NCBI GenBank assembly: GCA_032718475.1
Contig: JAUCBJ010001470.1
Coordinates: 1-35,300 of the forward strand
DNA length: 35,300 nt
DNA from: Nemertoderma westbladi
Taxonomy: Eukaryota > Animalia > Xenacoelomorpha
Direction: 5' to 3'
The position numbers were made by a program, and so were the translations under genes. Below, in pieces: positions 24,801 through 34,201 of this stretch (position 1 is the stretch's first letter; every line of letters begins with the position of its first letter). The notes below the pieces were generated by a model, which was not told where the DNA came from, searched no databases, and was given only the letters and a program-made list of their open reading frames with translations.

Positions 24801-27800
24801 GATGGGATGGTGGCTTTATTGGAGGAGCATTTGTATCCTTTATATTCTCTTATATTAAATATATAATTTAGGGATTTTTAATAAAATAATATAATATTAA
24901 TTAATCATCACCTTGGTTTATCGCCTTCAAGCGTTCTTTATGTATTTTCACTTAACTTTTAGTTTCACTTTTCAGTTGGCAATAATAATAGGTCGTTTCC
25001 TCAACATTTACCCGCTGTCCTTCCTTCTCAATCTATGCAGACGTAGAAAGATTCCCTACAATTTCCAACACACAATGATGTTCTCAGGTAATTTACGTTG
25101 TTAGTTAATAGTTTGTTATCGTTTATAGGGTGGTCTTTAAGTTTTTGTAAGACTTTATCTTTAGTAACCTAGCGGCTGTGGTTGTATCCATTAGGTCTAC
25201 GCGGTGCAATAGCTTTCGCTTTAGCTATACGGAACACATCAACCCGTCCACGACAGACCATGCTGACAACAACTTTACTCATAGTTTTATTTACCGTTAT
25301 TGTCTGTGGCGGAATGATAGAAAACGTTCTGCGGTGGTTGCATATCAGGTACGAATAATACAGATTCACTCTCAGCAACGAAAGTCTGGTGGCAGTGTGT
25401 GGGGAACTCAGACACTTATTACTGACACAATTTTAATGTTCTATTCCCGGCAACATTTTTAAAAACTGTATTTGTTGTAAGTCACTTTTTGTTAAAGTCG
25501 TTAACAAAGTTAGTCGTTAAAGTCGTTTTTTGTTAACAAAAAAAGTAATGTTGAATTAAATTTCAAAGTAATTTCCATGATATTGATTTTTTATACCAGC
25601 TAGTTTTTGCTAATTTTTTTGTTATACAACACGTGTTAGTTATCAATTTTGATAACTATTTTTGTTCTAGAACACATTTTTTTACCATCCTACTGTCAGA
25701 AGATCAAATATTTGTTCTAGAAAAAAAAACCTCATAATAAAAGCCATTCATATGAAAAAATAATTTATCAAACTATATGGATACCCAAGGTGTAGTAATG
25801 CCCGGATTCACTATGAAGGAAGAAACTTCGATGGACTGAGAGAAGACTTACAACAAATAAAACGACGTTAAGTGGTGGCAAAAAGTAACATTTTTTGCGT
25901 TCCATTTTTATTTGTCTCGCTACGCTCTCCAAATAATATCGCTCGACAAAAAAAGTCCACTTTTTTGCCACCACGCAAATAGTTATTTATTGCAGCCCAT
26001 TTTTTATCTGAGACATATTTAATACTTTGTTTGATTTTATGTTTTAAATAATTGACCTGACTGCTGACATGTTAGGTTCTATTTGTTATTTTCTTGACCA
26101 CCAAGTATCCCGTTTAGTAATGAATCAGAGTTTCTAACAGAAGTTACTCCTTGTGGTTGGGTCTAACCCAATATTATACAGCCGCACATTTATCTGTTGA
26201 CTTTTTTTTTTTTTGTTCTAGAACTGGAGATGTTTCCACTGACAACGACCCTGATACACAGTTTCAGGCTGTACGTCTGGTAATTATAAATTTTTCTCAC
26301 TATCACTCCACTGTTGCGCATGATTGAATTTAATGTTGAATACTAATGATTAGTTGCCGTGGAGACTCGCTTTATCAACTCATTGTTTGTAAAATTGTTG
26401 GATATCGATTGAGTAAAGTTGAAGCATATAGTTGAGAGTATTAATTACAAGCGGGGTTATGAAGTATAGATAGATAGAATGGCCGAGGGACACATCCAAC
26501 GGAACGGTACACCGCGCCTGTGTACCGCAGGGCCAGCGGTACACCGCGCCTGTGTACCGCAGGGCCAGCGGTACACCGCGCCTGTGTACCGCAGGGCCAG
26601 CGGTACACCACGCGGTGTACCGCAGGGCCAGCGGTACACCACGCGGTGTACCGCTGGCCCGTATGTAGTTTCTCGTATGTAAATAGAGGGTCTCTTCAGT
26701 ATATTCGAATTAGTATGATTTCTTTAATTAGAATTCCATAAGTTTTATTCAATGTGCGAGAGAATATTGAATATTCATCATAATTAACTAAACGATCTGT
26801 TCCAAGTGCCACCAGTGTACTACATAGTACAAGTAAATGCAAATAACTTCTCCTAATTGTGAAACTTATTATAGGCTTTGTAAACAGCCCGATATCCCCG
26901 TTGGCGCACAGATTTAGCAATTTGAATTTCCCGCGCGGGCGCCATTCAACCATTTAATCTGTCCCCAATGAACCCCCTTGTGTAGGCCCATTATTTATTA
27001 TACCTCTTAAAATGTAAACTTAGTTTTACCTTCTCGTCAAAATTAAATTAATTTGAATTGTATAAGATAAGTTATTTAGTTAAAAATATACTTTTTTTCG
27101 TATTAAGGCGATTTTCACTTTTTATCCTGTTATTTTGTAAATATTAATATTTTTTTCTAAACTTTTCAAACTCTAAATATAATTCCTCACTGTCGTCGTG
27201 TTGCCACAATGTTGTTTGTTTTTGCATTTTTTAATTTTATTGTTAGTGTAAACAGAGAACAACTTCTTGTTATTATTGTTTTTCCCTTTACTGTAAACAA
27301 AGTGTTTATCTATAGTTCGCTTCTATTTATTTTCTGTAACAGATTGTTGTTTTTATTATTAGGCCTATTGCATTACCTTTACTTTAATTGGAGAGCATTA
27401 AGTCACTTAGAGAAGTAATATAAAGCAATATTATACTTTATATTACGAGTATGTTATATTCTACCACATCGCACGTATAATCTTTAATGTTTCGAAGAAC
27501 GATTCATATTAATTATGATGTTTTTTATACTTGGTGTTTCCGTTAGGCTGCCCGCCCAACCACTCAACCAACCCATTATTAGCGCCCCTTTGCGTCCGTT
27601 CCAGGAACCCGAACAACCCCCCAGCCAACGCGTAACCTACTACGAGAAAGCTCGACTCATCCGGGCCTGGTCCAACTTCGACCACAATTACGTCAAACCC
27701 ATTCTGACCAATAGGGGGGCTTCATTGAGTCAAACTCTACCCAAATGCTGCGCTCCTATAGCCAGACTACTAACTGTCAACCCCGGTGTAAGTAAACGAT

Positions 27801-29567
27801 ACCAGATCGTATTTATTGTACATTTATATATATTATTCCTCAATAACGAAAATATATTAAAAGTTAAATATTTTTGTTACTAAAAATTACAATAATATAT
27901 AATGAACAAGCCATGGTATCGGCACCGATAATAAAATAACTATTAAATTAATTCTGTACGTTAACTATTAATAAAATATTATGTTAAAATATCAGATCGA
28001 GTTAAAAACCAACATCTGTGGCCCAGTAGGTTAGACTGCGATGGTTGTTCGGACATTCAAGTAGATGGTACGTTGTGGCGTGATTTCCGCACAATTTACA
28101 GCAACAATCTGTGGAAGCAGCGTGGAACCCGGTAGTATTACATATTATATGGTGGAACCCATGGGCAGAATATCTTGTTATGACGTGTCTTTGCTTGAAG
28201 TTCGCCTTCGTCCAGTCTCGGCTTGTTAGAGCGGGTGTGTTCCAGAATGCGCTGTCAATTTCGGAAATTTTCGCTGTATTGATGTTTAAATATTTTGTAA
28301 ACTCCTCGGTCTTTAGCAATTTGTGGCTACTTTGGAGTTCTATTGATAGATTGCGTTCCTGCGCGATGGCGATGACCAAGCGATTATGTGTGTTTTTGTG
28401 TAGACCCAATACACGTTTTAGGTATGATGACTTTATTTTATCGAGAGTAAGGAAATTTGTAGCTGTGAGGTGCGGCCATATTATCCCGAGGCTGTATGTT
28501 ACACACGGCCGAATTTTCAGGTTGAACAGTTTTATTGCTGTCTCGAGTGATAACAGTTTGGGATCTTTAATCGAATGAACAGCCGAGAGCGATTTAGTTA
28601 CAATTTTCGATATATGCATTGTGAAGCAGAGTGTTGTTTGGAATATTACGCCAAGGTAGGTGTAAGAGTTGGAAACTTTAACTGTATCGTTGTTGTAATA
28701 AAATTTATCTTCTCTTGACAACCTCCCGCCCTTCCTAAACTTAATAATCTCGGTTTTGGTCAGATTAACCTGTAGTCCGTTGTGAGCCGCCCACTTTGCT
28801 GTTGCATTCAATGCTGTTTGAAGACCTTCTCTGGATTCGCAGTAGATAAGAAGGTCGTCAGCAATAATACTCGTCAGCTAAAATTACAATAAAAGTAGAT
28901 AAGGAAAAGTATCGGAAGTATCTATTCTGTCTGAGTGTGGGGCGAGCCATGAAGTAAGTGAGCTTAGCATACGGGTACCGCTGTTTCAACCCGTTGTCTG
29001 TCGGTCGGGCTGGCGGTCTGTCTGTCATTCTTTTGGCAAATGTTTGAAGTCTAATAACTTTGATGAAATTAAATCAAACTTGAGTAAAAACATGTATTAT
29101 TGTGTCGGAAATCTGAAATTTAAATTGCGTGGGAAGCAGTTGTTTTGCTATGTTCTAAAAAATAAACCATTTTTCGCCAAAGTCGCCATTTCTATTCTGT
29201 GTTTGGTCCCTGTCGGTTGTCGATACTATAATGGTAGATTAATTAATTTATTATAATTAATTAATTAATCGTCTTATTTTCGCAGCAAAATTCCTTCGTT
29301 GATTCCGATACTGAGATGATAATAGGCGACGAGGCTGGAGGCGATTCAGCTGTTAGTCAATGGAGAACCAATAACGACGCAGTTGGTAACCAAAAGGCCA
29401 ATCGGCAGCAGCAGCAGGGTCCCGCTATTGTGGACGTCCATATGGATAACAACGACATCGGCTTAGGGACTATTAGTAAAGCCAAAGTACCGGTAGACAT
29501 TATCGATACTCCAAACGAAACCGTCGCACCGCAACTCGACTTCTACAGTATCGGCGACGGGACGTAG
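15756..29567 (+). CDS. SLC9A6/7/9: Endosomal Na+/H+ exchanger (NHE6/7/9 family), 12 coding exons, ~723 aa
   Basis: exons 15756-15890, 16656-16905, 17558-17754, 17985-18139, 18832-19035, 19334-19581, 24630-24832, 24976-25087, 25195-25348, 26222-26270, 27605-27787, 29286-29567 join in frame (2172 nt) with GT-AG ends; motifs [73 protein letters not shown]. Confidence 0.93.
16656..16905 (+). CDS. SLC9A6/7/9: NHE exon 2
   Basis: cgcag|...[43 protein letters not shown]|gtaag. Confidence 0.9.
17188..17596 (+). repeat. Tandem array of the NHE exon 3 splice acceptor junction (one 48-bp unit, seven 43-bp units, then the true exon copy)
   Basis: unit GCTACATCCCCCAG|GTATGATTATGGGTGCTATACTCCGTTAT; CAG|GT junctions at 17208, 17299, 17342, 17385, 17428, 17471, 17514, 17557. 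Confidence 0.95.
17558..17754 (+). CDS. SLC9A6/7/9: NHE exon 3
   Basis: cccccag|(G)[18 protein letters not shown]...ELEDM|gtgaga; phase 1 to 0. Confidence 0.85.
17985..18139 (+). CDS. SLC9A6/7/9: NHE exon 4
   Basis: [52 protein letters not shown]|gtgagt. Confidence 0.93.
18832..19035 (+). CDS. SLC9A6/7/9: NHE exon 5
   Basis: [17 protein letters not shown]...[14 protein letters not shown]; ttgcag| and |gttagt. Confidence 0.93.
19334..19581 (+). CDS. SLC9A6/7/9: NHE exon 6
   Basis: SIESY...[27 protein letters not shown]|gtgagt. Confidence 0.93.
20128..20597 (-). CDS. DECR1: DECR1 coding exon 2 (2,4-dienoyl-CoA reductase C-terminal half)
   Basis: minus strand cttacag|(G)[13 protein letters not shown]...[16 protein letters not shown]...[17 protein letters not shown]...[15 protein letters not shown]. 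Confidence 0.95.
20810..22337. mobile_element. TIR element (hAT-like MITE?) filling most of the DECR1 intron
   Basis: termini cataactagagttttctgagaat / attctcaaaaactctagttatg are inverted repeats; ATTCGAAT subterminal motifs at both ends; no clear TSD. Confidence 0.6.
20878..21242. mobile_element. Tc1/mariner-like MITE nested in the previous element
   Basis: inverted termini caccatgtcctggaatata / tatattccaggacatggtg flanked by TA; an ~80-bp derivative lies at ~32334-32413. Confidence 0.65.
22438..22951 (-). CDS. DECR1: DECR1 coding exon 1 (mitochondrial-targeting-like N-terminus + Rossmann fold)
   Basis: [10 protein letters not shown]...[12 protein letters not shown]...[28 protein letters not shown]...EIG|gtaggt; phase 1 joins exon 2 to give 327 aa. 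Confidence 0.95.
24630..24832 (+). CDS. SLC9A6/7/9: NHE exon 7
   Basis: [24 protein letters not shown]...[14 protein letters not shown]...FIGGAF|gtatccttt. Confidence 0.93.
24833..24975 (+). other. U12-type (minor spliceosome) GT-AG intron
   Basis: 5' splice site GTATCCTTT; branch-like TTCACTTAAC ending at 24956, ~20 nt before the CAG at 24975. Confidence 0.85.
24976..25087 (+). CDS. SLC9A6/7/9: NHE exon 8
   Basis: [38 protein letters not shown]|gtaatt. Confidence 0.93.
25195..25348 (+). CDS. SLC9A6/7/9: NHE exon 9
   Basis: [15 protein letters not shown]...[18 protein letters not shown]...LHIR|gtacga. Confidence 0.93.
26222..26270 (+). CDS. SLC9A6/7/9: NHE exon 10 (49-nt small exon)
   Basis: poly-T tract + ttctag|(R)[16 protein letters not shown]|gtacgt; bridges phase 2 to phase 0. 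Confidence 0.65.
26505..26660. repeat. GC-rich 31-32 bp tandem repeat x5 with internal palindrome
   Basis: unit CGGTACACCGCGCCTGTGTACCGCAGGGCCAG; ends in a perfect 16-bp stem 26625-26640/26645-26660. Confidence 0.9.
27605..27787 (+). CDS. SLC9A6/7/9: NHE exon 11
   Basis: ccgttccag|EPEQ...[22 protein letters not shown]...[15 protein letters not shown]|gtaagt; alternative upstream acceptor at 27546. Confidence 0.85.
27896..28879 (-). mobile_element. 5'-truncated non-LTR retrotransposon (RT C-terminus + CCHC finger), clade uncertain
   Basis: open frame from ADDLLIY through [19 protein letters not shown] to [16 protein letters not shown], stop at 28002; 13-bp direct repeat aaaattacaataa at 27883-27895 and 28880-28892. 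Confidence 0.88.
28930..29240 (+). mobile_element. Possible Helentron/HINE (DINE-1-like) non-autonomous element
   Basis: gtgtggggcgagcca head shared with ~24365 and more weakly ~2060, followed by a GTCT/GTCG microsatellite-like tract; family assignment by resemblance only. Confidence 0.35.
29286..29567 (+). CDS. SLC9A6/7/9: NHE terminal exon 12 (cytosolic tail)
   Basis: ttttcgcag|[16 protein letters not shown]...DIGLG...SIGDGT*; phase 0. Confidence 0.8.
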   Translation, partial: QNSFVDSDTEMIIGDEAGGDSAVSQWRTNNDAVGNQKANRQQQQGPAIVDVHMDNNDIGLGTISKAKVPVDIIDTPNETVAPQLDFYSIGDGT

Positions 29568-29589
29568 GGAGTTCGAGGGGATCTTTATG

Positions 29590-30962
29590 TCTGTTCTTTA
29601 GGGACCGGTCCACTCGGTCTGTTCTTTAGGGACCGGACCACTCGGTCTGTTCTTTAGGGACCGGACCACTCGGTCTGTTCTTTAGGGACCGGACCACTCG
29701 GTCTGTTCTTTAGCGACCGGACCATCTCGGTCTGTTCTTTAGGGACCGGACCACTCGGTCTGTTCTTTAGGGACCGGACCACTCGGTCTGTTCTTTAGGG
29801 ACCGGACCACTCGGTCTGTTCTTTAGGGACCGGACCACTCGGTCTGTTCTTTAGGGACCGGACCACTCAGTCTGTTCTTTAGGGACCGGACCACTCGGTC
29901 TGTTCTTTAGGGACCGGACCACTCGGTCTGTTCTTTAGGGACCGGACCACTCGGTCTGTTCTTTAGGGACCGGACCACTCGGTCTGTTCTTTAGGGACCG
30001 GACCACTCTGTCTGTTCTTTAGGGACCGGACCACTCGGTCTGTTCTTTAGGGACCGGACAACTCGGTCTGTTCTTTAGGGACCGGACCACTCGGTCTGTT
30101 CTTTAGGGACCGGACCACTCGGTCTGTTCTTTAGGGACCGGACCACTCGGTCTGTTCTTTAGGGACCGGACCACTCGGTCTGTTCTTTAGGGACCGGACC
30201 ACTCGGTCTGTTCTTTAGGGACCGGACCACTCTGTCTGTTCTTTAGGGACCGGACCACTCGGTCTGTTCTTTAGGGACCGGACCACTCGGTCTGTTCTTT
30301 AGGGACCGGACCACTCGGTCTGTTCTTTAGGGACCAGACCACTCGGTCTGTTCTTTAGGGACCGGACCACTCGGTCTGTTCTTTAGGGACCGGACCACTC
30401 GGTCTGTTCTTTAGGGACCGGACCACTCGGTCTGTTCTTTAGGGACCGGACCACTCGGTCTGTTCTTTAGGGACCGGACCACTCTGTCTGTTCTTTAGGG
30501 ACCGGACCACTCGGTCTGTTCTTTAGGGACCGGACCACTCGGTCTGTTCTTTAGGGACCGGTCCACTCGGTCTGTTCTTTAGGGACCGGTCCACTCGGTC
30601 TGTTCTTTAGGGACCGGACCACTCGGTCTGTTCTTTAGGGACCGGACCACTCGGTCTGTTCTTTAGGGACCGGACCACTCGGTCTGTTCTTTAGGGACCG
30701 GACCACTCTGTCTGTTCTTTAGGGACCGGACCACTCGGACTGTTCTTTAGGGACCGGACCACTCGGTCTGTTCTTTAGGGACCGGACCACTCGGTCTGTT
30801 CTTTAGGGACCGGTCCACTCGGTCTGTTCTTTAGGGACCGGACCACTCGGTCTGTTCTTTAGGGACCGGACCACTCGGTCTGTTCTTTAGGGACCGGTCC
30901 ACTCGGTCTGTTCTTTAGGGACCGGACCACTCGGTCTGTTCTTTAGGGACCGGTGCACTCGG
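29590..30962 (+). repeat. Minisatellite, 49 x 28 bp (TCTGTTCTTTAGGGACCGGACCACTCGG), starting 22 nt after the NHE stop
   Basis: directly visible, highly homogeneous, 1373 nt. Confidence 0.97.
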
Positions 30963-33272
30963 TTACGCGATTTTATGGCGTGTTTTTTGCCGCGTTTTGT
31001 ATGTGGGATGTTAAGAAATCGAAGTAAATAAATAATAACAATAGAATAACGCGAAATTCGCGGCAAATAAAATGAATTTGCGATCATCGAAAAAAACCAC
31101 CTCGTCAGTCGCAGTAAGTATTTATTTTCTCCGTTATTGACGTTAATAACGAAATATCAGCCAAAAAATTCTAAACTGATGCGGTGAGGAAAATTAGTGT
31201 TTTTTTCTGCTGCTAGGGAGTTAATCTCCTGTAATTAATTAATTAATTAATAGTATTTAAGGTTATAATAATTTATTTACATTAAGTTGGTTTTAAAATA
31301 AAAAAATAGCGATAATAGTTATAGCGATCGATATTATCGTATTTTCTTTTAAATAACGGACTAAAAGTTCACAAATTATTTCATTGGTCTTCGTTGATAT
31401 TTTAATGTGCCATTTTCACAAACAGGCCAGTTTTTATTGAAAGAAATGCGATTTGTTTATTTTGCCAAGGACGCTGCCGCCTGTGTTTGTTTAGTTTTCA
31501 TTTTATTGTTTAACTATTTCGGCTATCAGCCCCTCAATAACTTTAACCTTAGAAGTTACATATTTTTAATAGAAAAATTTAAGGTTTTTCAGAACGCAAT
31601 CTAATTTATTTCATCGTCAGAATGGCGCTAATTAACCGCAAGATAAATAAAGTTCATTGTTTTGGTTAGAGAACGGTGCCTCTGTAACCTGTTCCTTTCC
31701 ATTGATGTTTTAAATTAAATTCGTAAACCCAATAGCCACACATCTGGTGTTGCGTTCATTACGCGCCATTTACTCTTCGTTTTGTATTTCCAAACTCCTC
31801 GTAAATCGTAAAATAATATTTAATTTTGATTATATTAATATTAATTAATGAATTAAAATCGTAAAAAATAGCCAAAATATAGACATGATTTGTGCACGGC
31901 GGCTCCTTATTCATTCGTGGTGTGTTGGACTTTATTGCAATAATATCTATAAAGTGGAGCTTATCTTATATAACTTATCTTAAAGTTTATATAAAAGTTG
32001 AGAAAATAGTTAATAATTATTATTTATGGATTTAACGCCGTACTAATTTTATGTTTTTTTTCTTTTGATTTCGTTGTTTAAGTAATAGAGTTCACATTTT
32101 TTTCACGTAACCCTTTCTTATTACTTTATTCTCACTTTATCAGAAAATTATAAGCTATTGTAATCATAAGCCCCTTATATACTGTATAATGTCTTCGTAA
32201 GAACGTTAGGAATTATATTGGTGCGATTCGTAATATTATTATTGGTGTCTCATAGTTTATTTAATTTATTTATTAGTTTCTCAAATTGTTTTTCCTCACA
32301 AAGCCTTTTAAAAATTATTAAAATTTTATAATTACCATCTCCGGAATATAGTGTTTTTATTCCGGGTCCGTGTTGCTGAATTACGACATAAAAATATTCC
32401 AGGACATGGTATATTGTAGCCAATAAGTCCAAAACGCACTCTCCTCTCGTCAATATATCCAGCGTTTTCTATAATACCTAATAAATGAATAACGTACAAT
32501 AACGCCTATTATTTAAAATTTATATTTATTGTGCTTATTTGATGCAATATTTAATTCTGTCAGTAATGTAAGCCTACTGAACCATTTATATGTGTTCGTC
32601 CGACCAGTATGCATGTTACATATTGATTAGCTGTATTACGAAGTATAGGTGGAATTTGTGACAACACCTAAAAACGGTGACAACACTCAGCCACAGTCAA
32701 TAAATGGTTGACCATTATCAAAAATGGCCACATACAGTGTGAATAACAATAGATCGCAATCCGAAAAGTGATTCTGTCAAGTTTAAACTCCGCATATCGC
32801 CGGCAAGTCGCAGGAAAACAGTCAAACGTATGGGGACAACACACAAAATGTCCGGACAACAATCAAAATCATGAATTCAGTATTCTGGAATACAGCAACA
32901 CATGCGAATCCGGAATTCTACCTTCAGATACCGGTATCCAATATATACCGGGAGTTCATTGGTAGAGGACTATTGGTAGGAAAGGAAGAAATAATGCTCC
33001 TTGCACCCGCGCTACCGGTATTACTTCATAAGTTTAGGTCTATAAATACTATTCTTCTCAATGAACTAGATACCGGTAGACTAGTGGAAACGGCTGTACG
33101 GGTATCACTGTTTCAAACTTTGCCTATAATTAACTTCATCGAAGATTGTTTATTAGCCTTCAAACATTAGGTGACAGATCGACCAACGCAGAGGGCAGGA
33201 CGGACAACGGTTGAAATAGCTACATAAACTACATGCAACAGGTTCCATACAGGTCCTACATGCAACTACATA

Positions 33273-33553
33273 GGTTCCACCTTGGTGTAGTGGTTGCATT
33301 GAATTCACATCTCCTGTAGGTCGTGGGTTCGATCCTCACACGGGCCAGGGTAGTTTTCGTTTCGGCACGAATGCTTTAAAGGGACCAGCCAGGGCGCATC
33401 TCTGCCTTGCATCCTTAAGTGGTAGCTAAATGAGTACTGGAGTTTCCTCTGGGGAGTAAAGTTCTTGAGGGACCGCACTGGAAATAAGTCGTCAGACTTT
33501 GTGCGTAATCCCTGGCCTAGCGGCCGAAGAAAATTTACTTTTACTTTACTTTT
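33273..33553 (+). mobile_element. tRNA-derived SINE
   Basis: A box TGGTGTAGTGG (33283), B box GGTTCGATCC (33326), ~200-nt unrelated body containing taaatgagtac, (TTTAC)n tail. Confidence 0.75.
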
Positions 33554-33568
33554 CAATGTGTAGGCCTA

Positions 33569-34201
33569 TGAGCCTTGAGCATGTCGACGACTTCTGTTAC
33601 CTGGGATCATGGATCCGGAAGTAAGGTGAGGACCTTCAAATACGTAAGGGAAAGGCATGGGCAGCCTTGAATAGGCTTTCCAGGATTTGGAAGTCACCGA
33701 GAATTAATCGGAAACTAAAGGCCCGATTATTTAGAGCAGCAGTAGTTCCAGTACTCCTCTATGGGAGTCCATGCTGGGCTCTAACTGCTGAGGACACCAA
33801 ATCTCTGGATGGCACATTCACAAGAATGCTACGCCGGGTTCATTGTGTCAAGTACAATGCACGCATCTCCAACCAGATACTATATAACATTGGAGGTGTC
33901 TCATTGGTTCCCCCAAGCTTGACACTAGAACAAAATCGCCTCCGCTTTGCAGGACATTGCTTTTGCCGTGAGGACCAGCCAGTGCATAATCTTGTACTTT
34001 GGCAGCCTCATGGAGTGAATAAGCATGGTGGACAGCCCATGACTTTCTTGAGACGCATCTTAAAGGACACTGGCCTTGAAATGCGGATGATCTAGCAAAT
34101 GTCATGGGTGATAGGGAGTTGTGGCGGCGCAATTTTGTCGACAAACGGGCACAGCATTCTTAAAAATGCAGCTGCAATGCAGCATACCGATCCTAGTAGT
34201 A
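33569..34201 (+). mobile_element. 5'-truncated RTE-like LINE copy, same family as 12710-14137
   Basis: closely similar to 13550-14137; short (TAG)n tail; 11-bp direct repeat gtgtaggccta at 33558-33568 and 34202-34212. Confidence 0.9.

Noticed and set aside
29590-30962. CRISPR array (28-34 bp repeats here and at 2574-5362, 5795-6206)
   Set aside because: Head-to-tail units without unique spacers, no cas genes, eukaryotic context.
33273-33350. Functional tRNA gene
   Set aside because: A and B boxes present but no convincing cloverleaf; continues into a SINE body and simple-repeat tail.
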